Of a DNA stretch of 55,610 bases, positions 27,665-37,500 are shown one piece after another (within the stretch, counting starts at the first letter, position 1; each line of letters opens with the position of its first letter). Below the pieces are notes generated by a model. It had not been told where the DNA came from. It was given only the letters and a program-made list of their open reading frames with translations, and made no database searches. Source of the stretch: an uncultured virus (IMG/VR IMGVR_UViG_3300003394_000004) (Duplodnaviria > Heunggongvirae > Uroviricota > Caudoviricetes); IMG/VR virus record IMGVR_UViG_3300003394_000004, positions 62,001-117,610 of that record; one strand, given 5' to 3'. The position numbers were made by a program, and so were the translations under genes.

Positions 27665-30600
27665 ATGGCTTATCAGAACATTAACCAATATGTCTATAAA
27701 AAATGGTATTTATCACCATTTTTGGAGGTTACAGACCTTTCTTTAGCATCAGATGAACGAGATTATAACGAAGAAGTTATTTTTTCACCATATATTATTG
27801 GCGCATATAATGGTGACGTGTTACCAGTTAAGTTTGATATTAATTTTACAGGAAGTAATCAAAATTTTTCATTAACATATGGAAATTATGACTTTGATAA
27901 CATTTTAATTTCTGAAAACTACTACAACCCAAATGATGTTCTAATTGATTGTTATTCTTCAAAAACAATTTGTGATATTGGATTAACAGGAACTGACAAC
28001 GGATTGGTAACCGGAATGACAGGTCAATCAATAACTTATACTAATGGCTTACTACCTGCTAATGAAAAATTTGATAGGTATAAATTTGATAGAAGATTAA
28101 AATTACATCAAGTTACTGGTTATACTTGGACTCCAAACACAAGATTTTCGGGTGTAACCGCAGGAACGATTTATAATGTTGTGTCATATAGTGCACAAAC
28201 TATTGGAAATTACCAAGAATTATATGGTGGTTTTTATCAAGGATTTTATGAATTGTTCGGATACGATTATAAAATTTTACCTGAAAGATATCCAAAAGGA
28301 TGGACGGTAGAGATGACTTTAAAGCCAAGATTATCAAATGTCTATTCTCCAAGTTCAGGACAAACCACATTAAATGAATATTACCCAAATAATGCTGGTA
28401 TATTCTTTTACATGGGTACAAGAGCCGAAAATAAGTATTGGCACCACGCAGCCGGAACAAATTCAGGTGACCCATCTTATTACAGAATTACAACACCGTT
28501 GACTGGATTAACAAGTTGTTTTTGTGTTGATTTATATTCGGGATATACAACTTCATCAACAACAATTTTTGATTTAACAACAACAGGTAGAACATTAACT
28601 GTTTCTCCAAATTTATTATGGGTTTCGGGTGATACGGCATTAATTTATCATGACGACGCTCAATATCTTGAGGGAACTGTTGTTGGATACACAGCATCAA
28701 CCGGAGATTTTAAATTTGTAACAACAAAACGAGTTGGATTGGGAACCATTAAATTTTCAATAATAACCAAGCCGGGTTATTTGCAATATAATGATTCTAA
28801 TTGTATATTAGTATATCCACCAACAGGAACTACAGATTCACATACTCAAGTAGACCTTTGTTGTTGTCCCGAACCACCAGTTCCAATTCCTGAACATAAT
28901 CCTGAATATGATTCAATGTCTAATGCAATTGCAATCAAATTTAGTGGTGACCCACACAATCCAAAAATTTGTATAAGAACTTTAACCATAACAGGTGATT
29001 GTATTTACACAGGTTCTTGTGAAACTTTAGGTCCTGGTTCAGTAACTGGTTATTCAATAAATAACTATTGTACCAATAGAGGAATTTATGATAATTGTAG
29101 TGGAACAACATATGACGAACAAGAACATTGGGTTTTAGTGGATGTAGTCTTTGAACGATATACATGGTTAGATACGTGCGATTTGTTTTATCGTGGTGGT
29201 CTTGGGACAATCACTATCTTCCCATATACTGCCAGTACCGTAAATAATTCAGTTTCATTAATATCACCACCAATAACACATTATGAATTAATTCCAACAA
29301 TAGAAGAACTTGTTGAGTTAAACAATCTTTGGATTTTAGAAAAAATATACCGTAGAGGTAGAATGAAAATTTACATTAATGGTATAATATTTTATGTATT
29401 TGAAGATGTTGAAGAAATCATACCTCGTGGTTTATTTGGACACAAAGAAAATCAAGTTGGAGTACCATTTAATATTTCTTGGGGTGGTGGAACACAAGGA
29501 TTACATGAAAATTTAATTTTTAGCGCGGTACCAACAAACGACATTAATTACTACACACAAGACCCTGAATTGTTCCCACCAAATATTTTGAGTGGAACAA
29601 CATTAAGTGGCCTTACAACCAATATATTAATAGAACAAAATTTTGCCGGTACTTTTGATGGTGCAATATCCAAATTTAATATGTATGCAAAACCATTATC
29701 GGTTCCTGAAATTCAACACAACGCCAGAATTTTAAGACCAATTTATAATTTTTTAAATCCATATTGTTTAAATTGTGATTTCCCTACACCTACACCTACA
29801 ATAACACCTACACATACACCCACAAACACACCTACGTCATCAGTAACACCAACAAACACTGAAACTCCTACAGTAACACCAACTTTAACTCTAACACCAA
29901 CAAAAACGGTTACACCAACCGCAACAACTGGATTAACTCCAACCGCAACTGCAACACAAACATTAACACCAACGGTAACATCTACTCAGACATTAACACC
30001 AACGGTAACACCAACGGTAACATCTACTCAGACACCGACCAACACTATAAATTTAACACGTACACCAACTAATACTAAAACACCTACGACAACGCCTACT
30101 AACACTAAAACACCTACGACAACGCCTACTAACACACAAACTAACACACAAACTAAAACACCAACACCAACTAATACACAAACTAAAACACCAACACCAA
30201 GTGTTACATCAACTAAAACACCAACACCAAGTGTTACATCAACACCAGGATATACAGGATGTGAATATTATCAATTAATAAATGAATCTGATAGAGGAAA
30301 CGTTATTTATTCTTATACGGATTGTTATGGTACTTTAATTGTTGGAAACATTTTACCACCAAATCCTGATGTTTATTTATGTGCAACCAAAAATAGTATT
30401 GTAAGAACTGGTGGTGTTAATTCTTTGGTTATTGTTGATTTAGGTATGTGTCCATCGGCAACTCCAACTCCAACTATTACGCCGACAGTTACACCAACAA
30501 CAAGTGTTACACCAACTAATACACCGACTAATACTGAAACTCCTACTAATACGCCAACACAAACACCTACTAACACTGAAACACCTACTAATACACCAAC

Positions 30601-31609
30601 ATCTACACCGACTAATACTGAAACTCCTACTAATACGCCAACACCTACAGAAACTCCAACTAATACTCCAACTAATACTATAACTCCAACACTTACAAAT
30701 ACAGAAACTCCGACTCAGACACCAACTCCGACTCAGACTGTAACTCCAACACTTACAAATACTGAAACACCCACACCTACAATAACACAAACACCAACAA
30801 TAACACAAACACCAACAAATACTGAAACGCCTACTCCTACAATAACACAAACACCAACAGTAACAGTTACACCAACTAATACAACAACACCAACACCAAC
30901 ACCAACACCAACCTCAACACCTGAGGTTCCAGTAACCGCTAATCTTGTTTTATATTATGACCCAAGTAATTTATCAAGTTACCCTGGTACTGGTACAACA
31001 ATTAATGATTTATCAGGAAATGAATTAAATGGTTCAATGTCCAATATCACATATACATCACCATACTTCACATATAATGGAGCCTCATCTCAAGTTAGTG
31101 TTGCGGATAATCCCTTATTAGAACCAGGAAGTGGGAACTGGACTATGGAAGTATGGGTTAATCAAGCAGTGTTAGGTAACGATGTTGTTCTTGGAAAGTT
31201 TGATAATGGAGGTCTATCCCAAGATGTAAGTTATAGTATTAGAACAACTAACACCACATATTATGCTCAATTAGGTTCAGGTAGTGGTACTGGTTCATCA
31301 TTATTTGTTGATAGTACCTTCTACACTGGAACAACTAACACATGGTACCAAATAGTTTATGTGTTTACCAATGTTGCCGCCAATACACTTCAAACATTTG
31401 TAAATGGTGTAAGTATAGGAAGTGTGGGTCATAGTTTGGCAAGTATATTAAACTCAACTAACCCACTTTACATTGGTAGTTACAATGGTGGAGAGTTTTC
31501 TCAATGGTTTGATGGAAAAATTGGTATAACTCGTTTATACAACGCAGCACTTACCTCAGCACAAGTATTACAAAACTTTAACGCCGATAAATCAAAATAT
31601 GGATTATAA
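27665..31609 (+). CDS. Large virion-associated protein: LamG-like N-terminal region, two mucin-like Thr/Pro tracts and a C-terminal LamG/concanavalin-like domain
   Basis: GWTVEM...YING...FDGAISKFNMYAKPLS in the N-terminal part and LVLYYDPSN.SSYPGTG...WTMEVWVN...FDGKIGITRLYNAALTSAQVLQNFNA at the C-terminus. Confidence 0.8.
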   Translation: MAYQNINQYVYKKWYLSPFLEVTDLSLASDERDYNEEVIFSPYIIGAYNGDVLPVKFDINFTGSNQNFSLTYGNYDFDNILISENYYNPNDVLIDCYSSKTICDIGLTGTDNGLVTGMTGQSITYTNGLLPANEKFDRYKFDRRLKLHQVTGYTWTPNTRFSGVTAGTIYNVVSYSAQTIGNYQELYGGFYQGFYELFGYDYKILPERYPKGWTVEMTLKPRLSNVYSPSSGQTTLNEYYPNNAGIFFYMGTRAENKYWHHAAGTNSGDPSYYRITTPLTGLTSCFCVDLYSGYTTSSTTIFDLTTTGRTLTVSPNLLWVSGDTALIYHDDAQYLEGTVVGYTASTGDFKFVTTKRVGLGTIKFSIITKPGYLQYNDSNCILVYPPTGTTDSHTQVDLCCCPEPPVPIPEHNPEYDSMSNAIAIKFSGDPHNPKICIRTLTITGDCIYTGSCETLGPGSVTGYSINNYCTNRGIYDNCSGTTYDEQEHWVLVDVVFERYTWLDTCDLFYRGGLGTITIFPYTASTVNNSVSLISPPITHYELIPTIEELVELNNLWILEKIYRRGRMKIYINGIIFYVFEDVEEIIPRGLFGHKENQVGVPFNISWGGGTQGLHENLIFSAVPTNDINYYTQDPELFPPNILSGTTLSGLTTNILIEQNFAGTFDGAISKFNMYAKPLSVPEIQHNARILRPIYNFLNPYCLNCDFPTPTPTITPTHTPTNTPTSSVTPTNTETPTVTPTLTLTPTKTVTPTATTGLTPTATATQTLTPTVTSTQTLTPTVTPTVTSTQTPTNTINLTRTPTNTKTPTTTPTNTKTPTTTPTNTQTNTQTKTPTPTNTQTKTPTPSVTSTKTPTPSVTSTPGYTGCEYYQLINESDRGNVIYSYTDCYGTLIVGNILPPNPDVYLCATKNSIVRTGGVNSLVIVDLGMCPSATPTPTITPTVTPTTSVTPTNTPTNTETPTNTPTQTPTNTETPTNTPTSTPTNTETPTNTPTPTETPTNTPTNTITPTLTNTETPTQTPTPTQTVTPTLTNTETPTPTITQTPTITQTPTNTETPTPTITQTPTVTVTPTNTTTPTPTPTPTSTPEVPVTANLVLYYDPSNLSSYPGTGTTINDLSGNELNGSMSNITYTSPYFTYNGASSQVSVADNPLLEPGSGNWTMEVWVNQAVLGNDVVLGKFDNGGLSQDVSYSIRTTNTTYYAQLGSGSGTGSSLFVDSTFYTGTTNTWYQIVYVFTNVAANTLQTFVNGVSIGSVGHSLASILNSTNPLYIGSYNGGEFSQWFDGKIGITRLYNAALTSAQVLQNFNADKSKYGL
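29783..30248 (+). repeat. Coding Thr/Pro repeat tract 1
   Basis: About 155 codons of degenerate (TPT/TNT/TQT/TVT)n, including near-exact 30-bp duplications. Confidence 0.9.
30452..30922 (+). repeat. Coding Thr/Pro repeat tract 2
   Basis: About 155 codons of (TPTNTE/TPTNTP/TITQ)n. Confidence 0.9.
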
Positions 31610-31666
31610 TATTATTTCCTATTAACTTTTTCAAATCCTTTAATATTTTTATGAAAAAATATATTC

Positions 31667-32914
31667 ATGAAAATATTTGTTCAAATTGCCGCTTATCGTG
31701 ACCCCCAACTTATCGCTACTATCAAAAGTATGATAGAAAATGCTAAAAGACCTAAAAACTTAAGAATTGGTATTGCAAGACAATTTCATCCTGATGATAA
31801 ATTTGATGATTTGTCAGAGTACGAAAAAGATAAAAGATTTAGAATCCTTAACATTCCATATTTGGAATCAAAGGGTGTTTGTTGGGCAAGACACCAAGTC
31901 CAACAAGTGTATCAAGATGAAGAATATACACTTCAAATTGACTCACACATGAGATTCGCACCCAATTGGGACGATGAAATGATTAAGATGATTAAACAAC
32001 TCCAAAAGAAAGGTCATGAAAAACCATTACTTACAGGATATGTTTCATCATTTGACCCCGACAATGACCCAGCAGGGAGAATGCAAGAACCATGGAGAAT
32101 GGCGTTTGACAGATTTATTCCCGAAGGTGCGGTATTCTTCCTACCTGAGACAATTCCAGGTTGGCAGAGCTTAACAGAACCTGTTACATCTCGTTTCTAT
32201 TCAGCTCACTACTGTTTTACATTAGGACAATTCTCAAAAGAAGTACAACACAATCCTGAATACTATTTCCACGGTGAAGAAATATCAATTGCTGCTCGTG
32301 CTTACACTTGGGGTTATGATTTATTCCACCCACATAAAGTTTTAATTTGGCACGAATATACTCGTAAAGGTAGAACAAAACAGTGGGATGATGATAAAGA
32401 GTGGGGAAATAAAAATAGTCATTCACATTTTACCAATAGAAAATTGTTTGGTATGGATGGTGAACAACAAGAAGGACATGATGGACCTTATGGTTTTGGA
32501 CCCGTTAGGACATTAAGAGATTATGAAAAATATTCAGGTCTTTTATTTGAAAAAAGAGCGGTTCAACAACATACGTTAGATAAGAATTACCCACCAAACC
32601 CATATAATTTTGAATCTGAGGAAGAGTGGAAGAAAAACTTTGCTCAAGTATTTAAACATTGTATTGATATTGGATTCTCACAAGTCCCTGAAAAAGATTA
32701 TGATTTTTGGGTTGTTGCTTTCCACGGTGAAAATGATGAGACATTGAACAGAAAAGATGCTGACAAAGATGAAATCAATAGAATGATGAATGACCCAGAT
32801 GGTTACTGTAAGGTATGGAGAGAATTCCAAACAGAACATAAACCTAAGTATTGGGTTGTTTGGCCACACTCAATATCTAAAGATTGGTGTGAAAGAATAA
32901 CAGGTAATTTATAA
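31667..32914 (+). CDS. GT60-like polypeptide O-alpha-GlcNAc transferase (Skp1 Gnt1/GlcNAc family)
   Basis: KIFVQIAAYRD, SKGVCWAR, YTLQIDSHMRF, LLTGY, FHGEEIS..ARAYTWGYDLFHP and WHEY. Confidence 0.85.
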   Translation: MKIFVQIAAYRDPQLIATIKSMIENAKRPKNLRIGIARQFHPDDKFDDLSEYEKDKRFRILNIPYLESKGVCWARHQVQQVYQDEEYTLQIDSHMRFAPNWDDEMIKMIKQLQKKGHEKPLLTGYVSSFDPDNDPAGRMQEPWRMAFDRFIPEGAVFFLPETIPGWQSLTEPVTSRFYSAHYCFTLGQFSKEVQHNPEYYFHGEEISIAARAYTWGYDLFHPHKVLIWHEYTRKGRTKQWDDDKEWGNKNSHSHFTNRKLFGMDGEQQEGHDGPYGFGPVRTLRDYEKYSGLLFEKRAVQQHTLDKNYPPNPYNFESEEEWKKNFAQVFKHCIDIGFSQVPEKDYDFWVVAFHGENDETLNRKDADKDEINRMMNDPDGYCKVWREFQTEHKPKYWVVWPHSISKDWCERITGNL

Positions 32915-32925
32915 TACTTATTTAT

Positions 32926-33741
32926 ATGACAAAAACAATAAAATTAATTGACGGTAACTTTGACGGTGTGTCAGGGATATCTTTAAATTTACCAAGTCCT
33001 GTAGAATGGTCAAGGACAACAACCGAGTATGATATTGCAATATACACCGACAGTATGGCATTTTCACAAGAAATAAATCCCGAAAAAATTAATTGTGTTT
33101 GGTTATTAGAACCACCCATTATTAATGGTGACCATCAAGGAAAGGCTGTTAGAGACTACAAAAATTTTAAATATATTTTTAGTTTCATAAAAGATTTAAA
33201 CGACAGAATTGATAATTTTGTTTACATACCAGCTGGTGGAACATGGATGAGAGAAGAGGATATGGGTATTCACGAAAAATTAAAATCTATTAGCACAATT
33301 TTTTCATGGAAAACTTGGAATCATGGTCATAGATTAAGACACTCAATCTATAATATGTTTAAAGATAGTGGTAAAATTGATTTTTATGGTAGTGGTTGTG
33401 ATAAACCTATTGATTTAAAAGTTGATGGTCTAAAAGACTATAGATTTTCAGTTGTAATTGAAAATTCAATTGAGTCGGATTATTTTACTGAAAAACTATT
33501 AGATTGTTTCTTGACAGGTACCATTCCAATTTATTGGGGTACAAAAAACATTGAAAATTATTTTGATACTAATGGTGTTATTTTCATCAACGATGAAAAT
33601 GAATTATCAACAATTATTGATACTTTAGATGTGGAATTGTATAACTCTAAAATAAATTCAATCCAAAGTAATTTTGAATCTGCTAAAAAATATATTTACC
33701 CTGAAAAAATAATTGAAACTTATTTAAATGAAAATGTATAA
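32926..33741 (+). CDS. GT10-like (alpha-1,3-fucosyltransferase family) glycosyltransferase
   Basis: YRFSVVIENS..SDYFTEKLLDCFLTGTIPIYWG. Confidence 0.85.
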   Translation: MTKTIKLIDGNFDGVSGISLNLPSPVEWSRTTTEYDIAIYTDSMAFSQEINPEKINCVWLLEPPIINGDHQGKAVRDYKNFKYIFSFIKDLNDRIDNFVYIPAGGTWMREEDMGIHEKLKSISTIFSWKTWNHGHRLRHSIYNMFKDSGKIDFYGSGCDKPIDLKVDGLKDYRFSVVIENSIESDYFTEKLLDCFLTGTIPIYWGTKNIENYFDTNGVIFINDENELSTIIDTLDVELYNSKINSIQSNFESAKKYIYPEKIIETYLNENV

Positions 33742-34492
33742 TAATATTTTAGTTACCGCGACCAATAGTCCCTACTATAGTTCTCTTTTAACATTGATAA
33801 GTAATGTACATAAAGATAGTTTGGAAGTTGTTGATAGAATTTTTGTTTTTAACTTGGGATTGGAAGAAAATGAAATTAATTATTTAAACACATTAAAAAA
33901 TGTTGAAGTTTTAAATTTCCCATCAAACGCAACAGAATTACATTCAAAATTTTTGGAACCAAAATCTTACATCTATAAAATTTACTGTATGAAAAATGCA
34001 AGTAGTTTGGGACATAATGTTTTATGGTTGGACTCAGGAGCATGTCCTTTGAAATCAATTAAAGAAATCTATGATAAGATTGAAAACGAAGAAATATTTT
34101 TAGTTGGTGATGTTCACATAAATAGAAATTTTACACACTCAGAATGTGTTGAATGTGTTTCTGCTACAGAAAGCGAACTTAGTGATAACCAACTTTGGGC
34201 TGGATTGGTTGGATATAAATCTAATGGAAAATATCAACAATTATTTGATGATGCGTATGCGTTTTCGTTAATTGAAGGTTGTTTAGATGGAAATCAAGAA
34301 AATCATCGTCATGACCAAAGTATTTTGTCTATATTGGCTTCAAGATATGGTTGTTCAAAACAAGAAATTGACATATACGGATATTGGACGGATTCAAGTA
34401 GAAACTTGGAAGGTGCAAAATCTATTGGTTCTGTAATTTTTGCACATAGACGAGGATATGATGATAAATCAAATTTAATGTTTAAAGATTAA
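33728..34492 (+). CDS. DUF1647-like putative GT-A glycosyltransferase
   Basis: LVTATNSPYY, VFNLGL, VLWLDSG and NHRHDQSILSIL. Confidence 0.65.
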   Translation: MKMYNNILVTATNSPYYSSLLTLISNVHKDSLEVVDRIFVFNLGLEENEINYLNTLKNVEVLNFPSNATELHSKFLEPKSYIYKIYCMKNASSLGHNVLWLDSGACPLKSIKEIYDKIENEEIFLVGDVHINRNFTHSECVECVSATESELSDNQLWAGLVGYKSNGKYQQLFDDAYAFSLIEGCLDGNQENHRHDQSILSILASRYGCSKQEIDIYGYWTDSSRNLEGAKSIGSVIFAHRRGYDDKSNLMFKD

Positions 34493-34497
34493 AACAA

Positions 34498-35277
34498 GTG
34501 AATGTTATTTCAACAAATATACACGGAGGTCTTGGTAATACAATGTTTCAAATCGCTACAGGGTATTCTACCTCAATAGACGAAGACTCAGATTTTATTG
34601 TTGATGAAACTAAACATTATAATGGACACAACCCATTAAGCTCATATAAAAACACAATATTTCAAAAAGTAAAATTTTCAAATACAGAAGTACCGTATGA
34701 AGTTTATAATGTGGGTAGTTTTCATTACTGTGAAATACCTAAGTTTGATAGAAGTATAAAATTATCAGGTTTTTTTCAAAGTGATAAATATTTTAAAAAA
34801 AACCGAGAAGGAATTTTATCTTTGTTTGAACCAAATGATGAAATTAAAAATAAATTACAATCTATATACGGAGAAATATTAAAAAATAAAACTTGTTCTA
34901 TACATGTAAGACGAGGTGATTATCTTCATTTAGAAAATTACCATCCAGTTTTATCACATGATTACTATCAAAAATCATATGAAATAATTGGTTCTGAATC
35001 AGTTTATTTAATATTTTCAGATGATATTGAATATTGTAAAACACAGTTTGAATATATTAAAAACAAAGTTTTTATTACCGATTTATCCGACTATGAAGAA
35101 TTGTATTTGATGTCATTCTGTAATAATAATATTATTGCAAATAGTAGTTTTAGTTGGTGGGGTGCATGGTTAAATAAAAAAGAAAATATTGTAATATCAC
35201 CAAAAAAATGGTTTGGTCCGACATTACATTCATACATTACAGATGACCTTTATCCAGAAAATTGGGTTATCATATAA
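34498..35277 (+). CDS. GT11 alpha-1,2-fucosyltransferase-like glycosyltransferase
   Basis: GGLGNTMFQ, GFFQSDKYF, SIHVRRGDY, IFSDD and IIANSSFSWWGAWLN. GTG start. Confidence 0.93.
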   Translation: MNVISTNIHGGLGNTMFQIATGYSTSIDEDSDFIVDETKHYNGHNPLSSYKNTIFQKVKFSNTEVPYEVYNVGSFHYCEIPKFDRSIKLSGFFQSDKYFKKNREGILSLFEPNDEIKNKLQSIYGEILKNKTCSIHVRRGDYLHLENYHPVLSHDYYQKSYEIIGSESVYLIFSDDIEYCKTQFEYIKNKVFITDLSDYEELYLMSFCNNNIIANSSFSWWGAWLNKKENIVISPKKWFGPTLHSYITDDLYPENWVII

Positions 35278-35296
35278 ACATAAAAAAAATAAAAAA

Positions 35297-35896
35297 ATGA
35301 ATTACGAAGATTTACAAGAATGGTTTAAAATTGGTGGTGACGACACATTAAGAGTTAATTACCCCCTAAACGAAAATTCAATTGTGTTTGACTTAGGTGG
35401 ATATCACGGAAGTTGGACTCAAAAAATTTACGATAAATATCAATGTTATGTACATGTTTTTGAACCTATACCTGAGTTATATAATAATTTGGTAGAAAAA
35501 TTTAAAGATAAAGAAAAAATAAAAGTTTATAATTTTGGAATTTCAGACGAAGATAAATCAATTGAGATTGCATTGTTAAACGATGGAAGTTCTTTTTATA
35601 TTAACGCTGAAAATAAAATATTGGCCAAAGTTGTTTCATTTGTTAAATTTTTAAATGAAAATAACATAGACAACATTGATTTAATAAAGATTAATATTGA
35701 GGGTGATGAATTTCCAGTATTAAAGAGTTTAATTGATAATGATGTTATACATATGTTTAAAAACATACAGGTACAATTTCATCAGTTTATACCAGATTCT
35801 GTAAATTTAAGAAATTGGATAAGAGAAAAATTAACTTTAACACACAAATTAACTTATGATTATGAGTTTGTGTGGGAAAATTGGGAAAAAATATAA
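35297..35896 (+). CDS. FkbM family SAM methyltransferase
   Basis: VFDLGGYHG, VFEP, IDLIKINIEGDE and QVQFH. Start moved to ATG 35297. Confidence 0.88.
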   Translation: MNYEDLQEWFKIGGDDTLRVNYPLNENSIVFDLGGYHGSWTQKIYDKYQCYVHVFEPIPELYNNLVEKFKDKEKIKVYNFGISDEDKSIEIALLNDGSSFYINAENKILAKVVSFVKFLNENNIDNIDLIKINIEGDEFPVLKSLIDNDVIHMFKNIQVQFHQFIPDSVNLRNWIREKLTLTHKLTYDYEFVWENWEKI

Positions 35897-35900
35897 AGAT

Positions 35901-36635
35901 ATGAAATTAAATGAAATACCAAAATTTGTTCTAAATTTAGAAAAACGTATTGACAGATTAGAACACATCCAAAAAGAAATGTCATACATTGGGTGGGATT
36001 ATGAATTATTCAAAGCTGTTGATACAGGTAGTCATTTAGGATGCACGTTATCTCATATTGCAATCATAGATATTGCAATTGAAAGAGATTATGAATATGT
36101 TATGGTTATAGAAGATGATTGTTCATTTATGCCATACGCAAAATCATTTATTGAAAAATTGGACATTGAGTTAGAAAATACTGAATTTGGTATTTTAAAT
36201 TTATCCCCAACACATAATAGACCTGTTGATGTTAGTAAAAACCATAAATTGTTAATTGATATTACTAATTTTCCACCTAAAGAAGAAAGACATAGGGGTG
36301 TATTTGCAACAAATATGATGGTATATCATAAATCAATATTTAATGATGTTAAACAAATTGTGACCGATAATTTACAAGGTTATTATGCAATTGATGAGTA
36401 CATTTATAATAACATAACAACAAAAAAACAAAGTTACTGTCCAATATTACCAATAGCACCACAAAAAAGTGATTTTTCAGATGTCACACAAGGGTCTTAT
36501 AGTAATTTTTATATACAAACTTATAATTGGAATGGGTATTCTCCATATAAAATTTCTGGCGAATTTTTAGATTACGAACGTAATCAAATAACTAAACAAA
36601 ACAACGAACATAAAGAATTTATATATGAAAACTAA
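35901..36635 (+). CDS. GT25-like glycosyltransferase
   Basis: VLNLEKRIDR, FKAVD, GCTLSH and VIEDD. Start moved to ATG 35901. Confidence 0.85.
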   Translation: MKLNEIPKFVLNLEKRIDRLEHIQKEMSYIGWDYELFKAVDTGSHLGCTLSHIAIIDIAIERDYEYVMVIEDDCSFMPYAKSFIEKLDIELENTEFGILNLSPTHNRPVDVSKNHKLLIDITNFPPKEERHRGVFATNMMVYHKSIFNDVKQIVTDNLQGYYAIDEYIYNNITTKKQSYCPILPIAPQKSDFSDVTQGSYSNFYIQTYNWNGYSPYKISGEFLDYERNQITKQNNEHKEFIYEN

Positions 36636-37500
36636 AATTATTACAGCAATTTATTCTAATTTATATGGAACTGAATTAGGTGGGAGAAATGGTAGACAGG
36701 GTCATTATTTTTGGAGCTTACTATCATTATTAAAAATGACAGACGCAGATTTTATATGTTACACATCTGATGATGAGTACGATAAATTAGTTGATTTTTT
36801 CTATGTTGAAAACAATATAAATCCTGAAAAAATTAAATTTGTTAAATTTGATTTAAAACAAAATGAATTTTCTGATTTGATTGGTCAATACAAAGACTAT
36901 GAAGGAACTAAAAGAGGGGATAGATGTATTGAGATTCAGTATATGAAGTTCATATGGTTATCAATGGAGGATATGTCCTATGACAATTATTATTGGATAG
37001 ATGCTGGTTTGTCACATTGTGGTTTAATACCAAACAGATATTTGGCAAAAACAGGTATTCATAATAGTCAATATTATGAAAGTTCTTTATTTAATAATAC
37101 ATTTTTGAACAATTTAATTTCTAAAAGTGGTGATAAAATTATCATTGTTTCAAAAGAAAACTCAAGAAATTTTTGGTCAGGTACTGTCAATGAATTACAT
37201 TTTAATGAATATGATAATTCTAGACACATCATCGGTGGTTTTTTTGGTGGAAAAAAAGAATTATTAAACGAGATAATCACACTCTTCAAAAAATATGTTT
37301 ATCAAGTTACTGAACATGATAAAAGACTATATCACGAAGAAGACATAATGACATTAATGTATAGAAACCACCCTGATTTATTTGTAACATTAGAATTTGA
37401 TATTTGGTGGCATGAAGATGAAAGAGTTGGAGGTACAGATATGGCAGAACATACAAGGTTAAATAAAAGTTTTTATAAAATACTTGAAGAGTTAAATTAA
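36625..37500 (+). CDS. HtrL/YibB (WlaTC)-like putative glycosyltransferase
   Basis: IITAIY, YYWIDAGLSH, IIGGFFGG and EEDIM. Confidence 0.7.
   Translation: MKTKIITAIYSNLYGTELGGRNGRQGHYFWSLLSLLKMTDADFICYTSDDEYDKLVDFFYVENNINPEKIKFVKFDLKQNEFSDLIGQYKDYEGTKRGDRCIEIQYMKFIWLSMEDMSYDNYYWIDAGLSHCGLIPNRYLAKTGIHNSQYYESSLFNNTFLNNLISKSGDKIIIVSKENSRNFWSGTVNELHFNEYDNSRHIIGGFFGGKKELLNEIITLFKKYVYQVTEHDKRLYHEEDIMTLMYRNHPDLFVTLEFDIWWHEDERVGGTDMAEHTRLNKSFYKILEELN

Noticed and set aside
30373..30850. Val/Gly-rich and Cys/Trp-rich minus-strand ORFs (also 6762..6965)
   Set aside because: Reverse-complement artefacts of ACN/CCN repeats.
29783..30922. Repeat tracts as a CRISPR array or non-coding satellite
   Set aside because: They are in-frame, codon-degenerate Thr/Pro repeats with no constant repeat and unique spacer structure. 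The same applies to 6791-6890.
32919..32925. TATTTAT inside the glycan island (also 41619-41625)
   Set aside because: Both lack the preceding purine. One abuts the ATG and the other lies within a coding end, so they may be chance matches and were not called as promoters.
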